Source of the DNA: Lama guanicoe
Lineage: Eukaryota
Reading direction: 5' to 3'
Length of the DNA stretch: 64,000 nt
NCBI GenBank assembly: GCA_013239625.1
Contig: MU056050.1
Location: 3,954,084-4,018,083 of the forward strand
In this document: positions 26,620 to 38,719 of the stretch, one piece after another
Position numbering within the stretch: position 1 is the stretch's first letter
How the letters are laid out: each line of letters opens with the position of its first letter
Program-made: the position numbers and the translations under genes
The notes under the pieces: model-generated
The model's input: the letters and a program-made list of their open reading frames with translations, nothing else
Told to the model about the DNA's origin: nothing
Databases searched by the model: none

Positions 26620-27048
26620 GCACTTGGACTGAGTTGTATCCCCTCAAATTCATATGTTGAAGCTGTCAGTGTTCCTGTATTTGGAGATACGGTCTTCAGG
26701 AGGTAATTAAGGTTAAATGAAGTCATGAGTATGAGGCCCTAATTAGCTAAGACTTGTGGCCTTTAAGTAGAAGATTCTCTCTCTCCCTCTCTTTCTGTCT
26801 CTCATCTCTCTCACTTTCTCACTCTCTCTCTCCTTTTCTTTGTGTGTGCACAAAGAAGAAAGGCTATTTGAGGACACAGCAATAAGGTGGCCATGTACAA
26901 GGAAGAAGAGAGCTTTTACCAGAGACCAAATCTGTTGGCACCTTGTGCTCAGACTTCCCAGCCTCTAGAACTGTGAGAAAATCAATTTACGTTGTTTAAG
27001 CCACCCAATTTGTGGTATTTTGTTATGGCAGCCCAAGCAGACCAAGAC
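26620..27048 (+). mobile_element. MaLR solo LTR (MLT1A/B-like)
   Basis: aaattcatatgttgaagc...gtatttggagat...gacttcccagcctctagaactgtgaga...ttgttatggcagcccaagcagaccaagaca. Confidence 0.88.
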
Positions 27049-27321
27049 AAGGGATAGACTGCAAGTCTCTAAAAGCAGTACACACAGCCATTTCCACACA
27101 TTACGAGATAAATAGTGCAGCATTGTTGATGGGCCCCAGTATATAGGTGAGCCTGAAGCAGTGTTCCTGTTTCTTCAAGTTACACATGTACAAGGGACTC
27201 AAGTTCTGCTATACCCTAGTAAGGTACCTGGGAAATTCTGAGAGTGCAAGTGAGCAACCCAAGGTCTATAGCCAGGAAAAGGAGGCTGTTTTGGGTGAGG
27301 ACATTGAGTCTTTGGACTCAG

Positions 27322-27389
27322 TGAGCTCTAGAATTTGATTTCAGCACATCAGCCATGAGCTCTAGAATTAGATTTCAGTACATCAACCC
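27322..27389 (+). repeat. 34-bp tandem duplication (2 copies)
   Basis: tgagctctagaatttgatttcagcacatcagcca followed by tgagctctagaattagatttcagtacatcaaccc. Confidence 0.92.
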
Positions 27390-30300
27390 AAAATACCAAG
27401 TAAGATTCATCTTATCCTGGCAGATACCAGTCCAGGCTATAGACCAGTATAGTCACTCTTAAACAGTGACAGGCAAGAATCCAGAGATCAGCTGTTACCA
27501 CAGTGAGATTGTATGAGCATACCCCTTCTTAAAACACCCAGGTTCCATTTTTTACGAGAAAGGTGGAGGACTCTAAAAGACTAAGACTATATTGGAGTCC
27601 GACAAGCACAAATTGAATCATATAAAGGAAATTTGTAAATTACTCAGCTTTAGTTTATCAGGCTGGAAAATGATGTAGTAGTTCTTGTCTCTCTATCCCT
27701 CTCTGACCCTGGTATCCAAATGCATGGGATCCTTGAGAAAGATCACATTGGTAATTTCTGGAGAAATAAGGAAGTTACATTGGCTTTTCATATCTTTTAC
27801 ATAGTGTGAATAAGTTTTTCAATGACAGTGCACTTATTTTCTGTTGAGGTTTTCTTACTCTTGGGGAGAAAAATTAATTTCCTGTCAAGGACCACCTCTA
27901 AATATTTGATAGTGGCTGTTGAAATGTTGAACTAAAGAGCATTATAAGGCTTCATCTTGACTCTTAGGAAACGGATGCCATGATTAATGATAGGTGTTAG
28001 CCTTAGAAATGGGATGGAGTAATTGTGGCACATTTGCTAACTATGTATGAACACTGGCTTATGTTAATCTGAGGCAGACATCCTCTACATAGAAAAAACT
28101 TTCCTCAGCCTGGTACCTGACATTTGTTTAAGTTGCTGGTTAGGTTTTCTGATATGATAATGAAACACTGCATACACTTTTGTCTTTCAAGATGGCATAT
28201 TTTATTTCAAGTGATGTGTTCTTTTATTTAGGAAAATGCCTTGATGGGACTTTATGGTCATCGTGGGTTATTGAAGGACATTATTCTCTCATAGTAGTGT
28301 TCAATTCAGGAAATCAGGGGTTTTTGTAAAAGAAACAGATTCTTTCCCACAGGTGCCCCAAACAGCTTCTTTTCTATCTTTGTACTGCTGCATTTTTGCT
28401 TCTTTCCTCAAAACTTATACCCATTCCAGATATCAACTACTTAATCTGATTAAAAAATAATAATAATCCCTGCCAAGAGCTTTAAAGCATCCTCACTAGC
28501 AGCAGTTTTTTATCTGAGACCTTCTTATGTTGCCTAATCGATTAATGGCTTTTGGTGGAAATTTCACTCAGTCAAGGATAGTAGCTAAGAAGATAAATAT
28601 TTAGTGCAAACCAGTCATACTTGATGTATTTGTAAAGACAGCCATCCCTGCTTTGCTGATTTCTTGAATGATTCTTAGGAAATAGTTTCATATTCATCTT
28701 TTTAATGTCATAATCATTTGCCACAGGAGATGACTTGTTCAGAAATTGCTCAGAGATCTTATTATAAATACTGTTATTATTCCTGTGATTATTATTTATA
28801 AATAGGACCTAACCAAGGTTATATATGATGTACTCTTCACTCAATTTGCAATTGTTAAGTTACTTAAATCCACAGTGTTTAAAAAACCTTCTCAACATTA
28901 GGAAGAAAACTGCACAAGGTAGAGAATGTGAAGCAAAGAAAGAAAACACAGACTTGATCTCTATAAAAAGATAAAGAAAATGCAGGAAAATCGTAAGATT
29001 GGCTTTTTTTTTTTTTTTGCTTCCTCAAGCAAGGTCACATTTTTTAGATAAAAGTAAATTAATTGTCTAATTTTCTTGCACTTAGGAGGCATTCAATTCA
29101 TTTAAAACAGTCTCAGAAAATGCTGTAATGTGAATAAAATAATCTCATTCTATTTGACAATCTGATACTTTGAAAATTAGTTTTGTCATGCAGACATTTA
29201 AATCAAAACAACATTACCAATATATACTATGTTGCCAGGTCTTTATACATACTCTATTATTATACATATAATATTACAATGCAGTTATTAATGTATATAA
29301 CATTCTATACTCTCACCATGACCTCTTTGTGGGTAAGGGTCATGTTTTCATCATCTATTTGTCACAGAATTTCTTGTGAAGAGGAGGTACTCAGCAAATA
29401 TGTGTTGAATAAATGGTTGGTAATGACAGTCATTTTATTTTCCATTTTTATAAAGGTGAGGGTTGAAATTCCTATAATCATACATGTTTCTGCAGTCATA
29501 AAAGATGAAAGTAGAGCAACCATCCATTAAAAATCTGATTACCTATACATCAAGCAGCAGCATAATAATAATACTTTTATCTCCATCATTAAAATGCATA
29601 TAATTAGTTTCAAGATTGCACATGTCTAATAAGATGATTCCCTATTTAGGGGACCTTTAACTCTGCCAGGATGTCATCAAAATAGATTCATACATGTTCT
29701 TCCTAGATCATTTCAATAACAAGTTATAATAAAGCTAATACTTCCCTTGTTACTAGAAAACATATCTAAGTACAGTGCCTACCAACTTTACTGATGTTTT
29801 ACTGTCTATCATAAATGAGACCTGCAAAATTATATAAAATAAAATCACACAAGGACATTTTAATCATGTTCTAAGGAGCATAGATGTTAGTAAATCAAAC
29901 TGATACTCTATCACCTAACTATCAAAATTAATTAATATTAGGCCTAAAATCTAAATTGCATCGTTCTAAAATTTTAATTTATTTTTTTTCTAAAATTTCT
30001 TCTTTCAAATAACCATTTATGTTTGTTCACGTCACAGTACAGATTTTCAGTGCTCCTGTCAGACTGATAGAGAAACTACTGTATTTATTTTTCCAGGTAT
30101 GAATAATTACATTTGTATTCACAATAATTGTACAACTGTGTACCAGCAGAATTTATAAAGATAAATTATGACCACTCTAGAGATGGCCTTTGACATAACT
30201 GTAGCAAAAAAAAAAAGGGAGAGAGGTTCTATGATAGTGCTCCAGTCTAATTTATGTGAACAAATATTGCATGTAACAGCAGTAATATTTTAGACATATT

Positions 30301-32799
30301 TTTAATTATTATTTTCAGTGAAACTTTCGTACAACTGCAAACATTATTTATTAGGAGTCGGTGGACAATATTGAAAATGCTCAAGAATGTTTGCAAATAC
30401 ATAGTTTTGACTGAAAATCAAAATCTACAGTGGAAACAAAACCGTCACTTAAAAGGATGGAAATATGTTTCACATTCAATTTGTTACAATAAAAACTGGC
30501 CAAACTGCTTATTTTCTTCTCAAAACTGCACAAACCTGATAAAATCATCATCATGAACATTTTGCAGAAATTTGGAAGTAATATAATTTTCAGAAAAAAA
30601 TGCTATATTCTTGGTTTCATGTTGAAAAACTTATATAATGTTATGGAGAGATAGGTGGATAAATAATCTCACCTATTAGACTTCCTAAACCAAAGGATCT
30701 TTTAGTATATTTAATCTGGCAAATGTCTATACAAAGAGAAAAAGAAAATGCCAAAAATATGAATTTATTCTTATGATGAGTATAGACATATGTAACTTCC
30801 ACTTGACCTTTATGTAGCTCCAGGCCCAAATTGTAGCATCTTTCATGTCAGCCAATCCATGCCCATTAATTTCCTCAAGCCTTTTTTCCAGAAAACTTTC
30901 TCTGATGAAAGTCAGTGCACAAAGATTGCCTTTGCTTTGTATTTCTTGGCACTTGTGCATACTTCGTACTATTTGTTCATAACTTAGAGATCTTGTTAAT
31001 TGGATATGCATGTTCACAGACAGATTATAAGAGTTCTGTGAGCATAGAATATCTGGTCTGATGTATTTGTATAAAACAGAGACTCAACGAATGCTTTAGA
31101 AACATATAATAGCCTTAAAGAGCATGTGGTTGTTGTAATTTGCCATTTATGAAAAATGAATGTTGGTTTTCAAAAAAATCTACAAATTCCAAGAATGATG
31201 ATGATTTCACTAAAATTGAAATTTACCTGTTTTTTTTCTATTAGGTAAAATATTTAGCAAACACTTAAATCATACTTAAAGTTAAATCTAATAATGAAAT
31301 ATCAAAATGTAGTATTTCTTTGATTAAAATAGATTATATTAAGAAAATTTAAATGATCTAAAATGGCATTTAATAATTACTTTTTAATGGAAAATATCAC
31401 TCAATTTTTGTCCTATCAATCATCCTCCATAATTTATGGCATACTTTCCATGGTACATAAATAGCAGAAGTACTGAACTTCAGGGTCACAACTGTGTTGG
31501 ATGAATAATATATAATGAAGGACTCAAACTGGAATGTGTGAAGTCTTACCATTAACTTTAGCAGTAAAACCTTCTCCCTATATAGTGTAGAACTTGTATG
31601 ATCAAGTAGTAGAACAAGGTGTTAATGCAGACGAGTTTTTTGGGGATTCGGTAACCAAATAAGCCAGTTAACTATGTAAAAATATCCTCTGTTTCTTGGT
31701 CACACACTATATATTTCCTCCAAGTAAGTTATCTTAAAGGTAGTCATGAAGGGAACTAGAAAAACAAAAGTTTACTCACTACAGCTCACCGTGAGCACTG
31801 ATTATGAGTCTATAACATCAGCTATATATTTGCAACACTTGAGGGTGAAGACGCTGCTAGAATTGATAAGACATCTTTCCTTGAAGTAAGCATAACATTC
31901 TTCCACTCTTGTAAAAACTCACAGAAATATATAGTTGCTTTTATTTGTGTCAATTTCACACTGACTCATAATTCTTTGTAGTTAAATTTAGCATTTTCAG
32001 CAAGAATCACAGCATAAACGATCCCCATGTTCTCCATAGGTTTTAACTTTACCCTATCAAGGAACTTGAAATAATTAAAAAATACTGTTTTTCAAAATGA
32101 TTGATTTTATCAAACAAGTCTCAATTGGCTTGCAACTTTCTTAACTCCTCAGCTCATCACTATTCCACATACTCTCCATATTGTCAGATCCTCTCCCTAT
32201 GATTAATTGATCAAAAACAATAACAACCATAAAAGTGTAAATTGCACAAGCTCTGTGCCCTTAGTATTTTTTGCAAAACACACTTTCTTGGGTAAGTGAA
32301 CATATGTGAAGTAATAAATCTATAAAAGCTGTTTATGAGGTATTGCTGAAAAAATCAAATTATAAGTCACAATTTATGTGCAAAATGATAAATGTTCACT
32401 GAGGGTTTTTTCCGTGTTCTGTTTCCTTTTGGGGGTGGTGGTGTGGTTTTCTATGTGTTTTGTTTTTGACTTTGGTTTTCATTTGAAAAAGACAAAAGGA
32501 GATGTTTCTTGGTTAGAAGTTGGCTTTTGGTGCAGAAAAGTGCTAACGAAACTGTTGTGGCTAAATAGATGCCCAATAACTGATCATAAAATGGAATGTT
32601 TCGGAGAGCTTAGTGGGCAACTGAAACCGTCAGAGAAGTTAACAGTTGTCGGGAGTGGATTAAGATCCTAGGAATAAATGGATAAATTCTATATAGAAGT
32701 GTGCTGTACTATATGATAAGGACTAGACACATATGAGCATAGGGCACTTGAAATGTGGCTAGTCCAAATTAAGATATGAAAAAAAGATAAAATGTTTCA

Positions 32800-33205
32800 T
32801 GTTAGGCACATAGTAAGAATTATTCATTCAATAACCATTCTCCACTTTCTCTATGATAATAAAAGCTTAGCTGGACATTGAATACTCTGCTAAAGAGTAT
32901 GTTTCTTAGCTTCTTTGTCGCTAAATGTTGTCATGAAGCCTAGTTCTGGCCAATGAGATGAGTGAAAGTGACATGTACAACGCCTTTAAAAGGAAATAAA
33001 AATGTCCTTTCTTTATCTCCTCCTCTTTATGCAGGCTGGGATTTGGACTAGTGGTAGAAGTGGTGTAGTCATCTGAAGCCACAAGATAGAAGCTACAATT
33101 TCAGGGTGGCAAAACAAAAGAATAGAACGATCTTGTGTTCTGAAAAACCATGGAGTTCTCATGTCAGCTTAAGAACACTTACGCTAGGACTGTTTTGTGA
33201 GAGTA
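32800..33205 (+). mobile_element. Old MaLR LTR (MLT1I/J-like)
   Basis: gtttcttagcttctttgtcgcta...tagttctggccaatgagatgagtgaaagtgacatgtacaac...ggactgttttgtgagag. Confidence 0.6.
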
Positions 33206-33224
33206 AGGTAAAGTAAGTAAGTAC

Positions 33225-33490
33225 TGCATAATGTCCATGATAAGTGTGCATCTACCGTAGATTATCTATCTACTTTAGGAGTAACAGACACTCCAGTTGC
33301 TTCCTGCTCACTACCATCACGAGTAATATTGCAATGATATCCTCATGTGAATCTGTGTGAAGATTTCTTTGGGATGTTATTCAGAAGAATGATTGCTGGT
33401 AAATGGAATATGTATAATATTACATTGTCTAACTAGTGCCAGATTTTTCTCTCTAATGGTTACACCACTTTATATTCCCTTTAGCAAGCA
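33225..33490 (-). mobile_element. Old L1M fragment
   Basis: Antisense end-of-ORF2 text (agatttctttgggatg...gattgctgg...tctaatggttacaccactttatattccc). Confidence 0.55.
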
Positions 33491-33799
33491 CTTCTAGGCT
33501 AGACCAGGTAGTGAGACACCATTGCAATCAATAATAATATATTCAATTTGCATGTTTAGAACTAAAGAGGGGAAAAATCAGCCTCACAAAAGCTCCATAA
33601 GGGAAGGGATGGTGCCTGTTTTTGCACTCCGTTGTAGATCAGTGACTGATTCATAACAGTGGCTCCATAAATATAAGTTGAATTAAAAAATGAGTGGCTA
33701 TATAGATCCTACAAAAATAAAGTTGTATATTCACAAAAACAATCACTCCAAATGGACTTGATTCACAATTAATAAGGAAAACTTAATAGGGTGTACATT

Positions 33800-34041
33800 T
33801 CTGCTTGAAACATATTCCTTTCAGGTCTTTGCATTGCTTGATCCTTCATTCATGTCTGTGCTCAAATGCTTCCTTCTTAGGCAACATATTTCTAATCAAC
33901 CTATCTAATGGAGCATTCCACCCCCAGCAATCAACAATCATACTAAATTCCCTTCCCTTGTTTCATTTTTCTTTGAGTACTAAGTATTTTCCTCAAGTAC
34001 TAAAACCATCTGAAAAAAATATATAATGTTATATATATAAA

Positions 34042-34081
<40 letters not shown>

Positions 34082-34210
34082 CATATGTATATATATATAC
34101 TATCTTCCCTAATTAAGTTCCATGAGGATAAGGACTATATCCCCAGTCCCTAGAACAGGATGGTACCTAATACAGAATAAGTACTCAGTATATTTGCCAA
34201 ATGAATGAAC
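33800..34210 (+). mobile_element. L2 LINE 3' end containing a (TG)n tract; abuts an oppositely oriented L2 end at ~34220-34540
   Basis: catgtctgtgctcaaatg...aagttccatgaggataaggact...ctcagtatatttgccaaatgaatgaa. Confidence 0.7.
34044..34078. repeat. (TG)n microsatellite
   Basis: Read directly from the sequence. Confidence 0.97.
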
Positions 34211-36149
34211 AAATCCATCCTATAATCAATCAGTATGTATTGAATCACTCCATGTAGAGTAACCATACTGGGTACTGGTGAAAAACTAAGATATAGCAGA
34301 CAAATCTATGATCTCAACCTGCTTATAGTCTGGCAAAGCAGAAAATACAATGCATACAAAAAGCTAACTAATAATGCCAGGCAGTTTGAGGAAAGGAAAC
34401 TACTAGTAAGTAGCTGTAGGAACTCAGAGGATGGAAAGACCATATGTAGGTCTCACTGAGAAGATAGCACATGAGGTGAGTTGGTACTTAAGTTGGTAAA
34501 GGGGGACGTGTGGGCTGTCTAAGGGCAGTGACCGGAATAAGCAGATAAAAATCTCAAAGAAAATATTTCCTCAGATATGCATATAGCTTTCCAGTTTTCA
34601 AAGTACTTTCACATGTATTTTAATCCTCATAATAATTTTCAAAGTCAGCAGAGAAGGAACTAATGTCCAAACAGTATTTTTAGGAAACCCAGGCTCAGAT
34701 ACTAATTTGCTTAAAGGGCCCTTAAATGGAGTTGGAAGCAAAATCCGTGTTTTCTGATTCTTAATCTAGGGCCCTGTCCTCAATAGCAGGAGTCAAAGGG
34801 CAGAGCTATTACACACCTGGGATCTTGTCACTAAATACAATTATGAGGTGTTTCTCCTGGACATGTTTGGATAACTGTAGCTGATTGTGTTTCCATTACC
34901 TGTGTTTATTTGTATTTGTCTAATCTCCCCATTAGATTAAGCACCTCCACAAGGATTGGGTTATGACCTCTATTTCCTTTGTAATTTCCACAGAACATAG
35001 TACAATTGAGAGGTGTTGATTGGCCCATCTCTGTTCTAAGGCAGTATCATGAGGAAAGAAAACAAAATAAATTCTAACAAAATATGTTATAAATTAAGTT
35101 ATTTTTAGATTAAGCTACAGAGATGTATACACACAGCAACACATAGCCTACATAATTTCATCAGGAGGAGATGATCTCCTACTGCCAGTGACTACACAGA
35201 TCCTTAAAGACATCTAGTTATATATCATCCACACCACACACTGAAAGTCAGAAAAACTAACATTTCAGTTGCAGGTTTTTATAAGCAAAAGGAGAATCTA
35301 CTGTTTTTTTATTGTATTAATCAGACACTAAGTTACTTAACTACTATTCTGCACAAAAAGGAAAATATGTTAAAAGAACAAGAACAAAACATCTTGTCTT
35401 TATATAAAATTTTGTTTAAGATATTAAACTAAATAACTTGGCCCTAATTTTCACACTTGAGAACAAAGAAATAAAAGTGTTTCTGTTTCAATCCATGTCT
35501 AGGATGCTTCTACTTCTCCCTTTTTTATTCTTTTGGCAAATTAGTAACACAAATTATTCTTATATCTTAGACATTGTAGTTAGGGTTAGGGTCATATTGT
35601 ATAATATTTTAAAATCATGAATGAATTTAAATTGAATTGAATGAAGTTAAATTGAAATATGATTTTAAAGTAATATGAAAAATCAGCCACAACACAGCTA
35701 TAGCTATAACATTAATAATTGACTACACATTTGTCAACTCTGGACTCTAAAATAGTTTTCAAAACTTGCGTTAGTAAAAAAAAATGTCTATAGCTGTTGT
35801 TAAAAAATAGGCAATCACTTTCACATTTGGCTTTCTTTATTTCTTTTTCTGGAACCTTAAGTGCAGAAAATTGAGATGTTCATGGCACACTGTCATCATC
35901 AATCTATGCAAGGCAACTCATTTATTTCTCCTATTCATTCCTGATCTCCATTTCTAATCCACCCATGGGCCACTGTAACGTGTTTAATATGTTCCCTTGA
36001 ATGTTTTTGCAAATACTTTCTAAACTATTAGCACTGTTTTGTGTATATATTTAATATATGAAATGGCAATGCATTATAGAGCTCATTTAATTTTTTAATT
36101 TGTTTAATTCAACCACCCTTTCTAAGTTTAAAAAAGCTTTAAAATAAAA

Positions 36150-36951
36150 ATCATATCTATTTAAGTTATGCAACATGATAATTTGATATGCACATACCTA
36201 GTAAAATGGCTACTACAGTCAAACTAATTAACACATTATCTCCTCACATCTTTACCATTTTTTTGTTAGTGATGAGAGCACCTGAAGTCTACTCTCTTAA
36301 CGAATTTCTAGTATTCAATACAGTGTTATTAACTATAGTCATCATGTTGTACATGAGCTCTCTAGGCTTATTCATCCTATGTAACTGCAGCTTTGTAACA
36401 TTTGACCAATATCTACCACACCGCATCCTCCTGTTTCTCCCATCTCCCTCTACCTGGTAACCACATCCTACTTCCTACTTCAGTGTATTGGATTTTTTTA
36501 GATTCCACACGTAAGGGAGATCATGCTTTTTTTTTTTCTTTTTGTGTCTGACTGTTTCACTTAGCATTATGTCCTCTAGGACATGAAATGACAACTGCTG
36601 ACATGGATGTGGAAAAAAAGGGAGCCCTTGTGCACTGTTGGTAGGAATGTAAATTGGCACAGCCACTATGGAAAACAGTATAGAGGGTCCTCAAAAAACT
36701 AAAAGAGAACTATCAAATGATGCAGTAATTCCTCTTCTAGGTATATCTCTAAGGTAAATGAAATCACTATCTCAAAGATATCTGCACTTCCATGTTCATT
36801 GCAGCATTATTCACAATAGCCAAAACATGGAAACAAGCTAAGTGTATGCTGACAAATGAATAGATAAAGAAATTGTGTTATATGTATACAATGGCATATT
36901 ATTCAGCTTTTAAAAAGGAAATATTGCCATTTGCAATTACATGGATGAGCC
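36150..36951 (-). mobile_element. 5'-inverted (twin-primed) L1MA-type 3' end
   Basis: 36150-36580 is antisense 3'UTR; 36581-36951 is the adjoining upstream L1 segment in sense orientation. Confidence 0.85.
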
Positions 36952-37059
36952 TTTTTAATTTTGTAAAATACATAGTATTCTCTTTTATTTTTCAACATTT
37001 GTATTATTTTGAAATTATTTTCAATATCTTATGATTACTTTATTATATCACAAGTAATT

Positions 37060-38700
37060 AGAAATGCACTTAGAATTTTCAAACATACAGTAAAGTTGAA
37101 TGAATTTTGGAGTGAACACTCACGTATTCCCCACCTAGATTCCACCAGCAATATTTTACTATATGTGGTTTGTCACTATGCATCCTTTCCAACTTTACCC
37201 ATTTATTAATCCATTTTACATTCGTAGTATTTCAAAACAAATTATAAACATTTCTGTACCCTAAATATTTCAGAATACATGACAGTTAGGATTCAATATT
37301 TATTAATAGTGTTTTCTATCTAAAATTTCCACAAGTGAAATACACAAATCTTTTGTGTATATTTATGTGACAAATTCATACAACTTTATAATAAAAACTC
37401 CACTCAAAATATAGAACATTACAACTATCAGAAATTTCCCTTATGCCCCTTCCACATAAATCTCTACTTCTAACCTCCAAGACTACAATTATTCTTACTT
37501 TGTTCAAACATGAATTAATTTTGCCTATTTTAGAACTTTATATAAATGGAATCACATAGTATGTAGTCTTTTGCATAAGACTTACTTCACTCAGAACTTT
37601 GTGTCCTTTTTTCTTCACCCACTATAAATAAACCACCCTTTGTTTATCCATTCTGCTATTGCTGAGCATATGGGTAGTTTCCAATTTGGGGCTATTATGA
37701 ATAAATTTGTTATGAAAAATCCTTGTGCGACTATTTTTGTGGATGTATACTTCCATTATTCTTGAGAAATACCCAGGAGTGGAATTAATAGGTCAGTAGA
37801 TGCATGTGTAGAAGAAACTATCAGACCTACTTCCAAAGTGGCTACACCACTTTATGTTCCCACCAGCATTGGTGATGTCTTTTCATTTTAATTATAGTCA
37901 TACTTGAGAGTCAGTAGTAGTAACTGTAATTTGCATCTTTACAATGGTAAAGTATGTGATTATTGACCATTTATGTAACTTCGTTTGGCAAATGTATGCT
38001 TGAATGTTTTGTTTATATTTTTTTCACTGAATTTTTCTTTTACTATTACTGAGTTGTAGGATTTTTTGCAATATCTTTATCAAGTTTTGGTATCATTGTA
38101 CCTGGCATCCTCCATTTTCTGAGTTTATTTAGGATTGACATTATTTCTTCTTTAAGTGTTTGATAGAATTCAATAGGGAAATCATCCTGACCGGGAGTTT
38201 TCTCTGAGGAAAGATTTTTGATAACAATTTCAATTTCATTAATAAATATATGGCTATTAATATATTTGGTTTAATGTCACCTTTGATACATTGCATATTT
38301 CAAGGAATTTGTCCACTTTACCTAAGTTGTATAATTCATTGACATAAAGTTGGTAATATTATTTTATTATTCTTTTAATATCTGTAGGGTCTTTAGTGAT
38401 GTTTCCTCTAACATTCCTGTTATTGGTAGTTTGGATTCTCTCTTTGTTCTTGCTATTTTCAAAGAAAAAATTCCTGATTTCGTTATTGTTCTTTATTGTT
38501 TTTTGAAAAAAATTCTATTTCCTTACTATATGCTCCTATTTTTATTATTTATTTTATTTTATTTTATTTACTTTGTTGTTTTTCTACTTTCTTATATTGA
38601 ATTCTTAGGTCACTGATTTCATAACGTTATTTTCTTTCTAATATGTATATTTACAGCTATGGATTTTCTTCTGAGTACTGCTTAAAATGCAATCCATGAA
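37060..38700 (-). mobile_element. Mosaic of old L1M 3'-end and ORF2 fragments
   Basis: tataaatggaatcacatagtatgtagtc; tttccaatttggggctattatgaataa; tttgatagaattcaatagggaaatcatc; atttcaaggaatttgtccact. Confidence 0.75.
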
Positions 38701-38719
38701 TTTACCTTAATATGCTTAG

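Noticed and set aside
27322..27389. CRISPR-like repeat
   Set aside because: Only two adjacent copies with no spacer, in a mammalian context; it is a simple tandem duplication.
30727..31017. 96-aa minus-strand ORF in unique DNA (and the plus-strand frame at 30319-30556)
   Set aside because: No recognisable domain and no convincing splice or start context; the length is within chance expectation.
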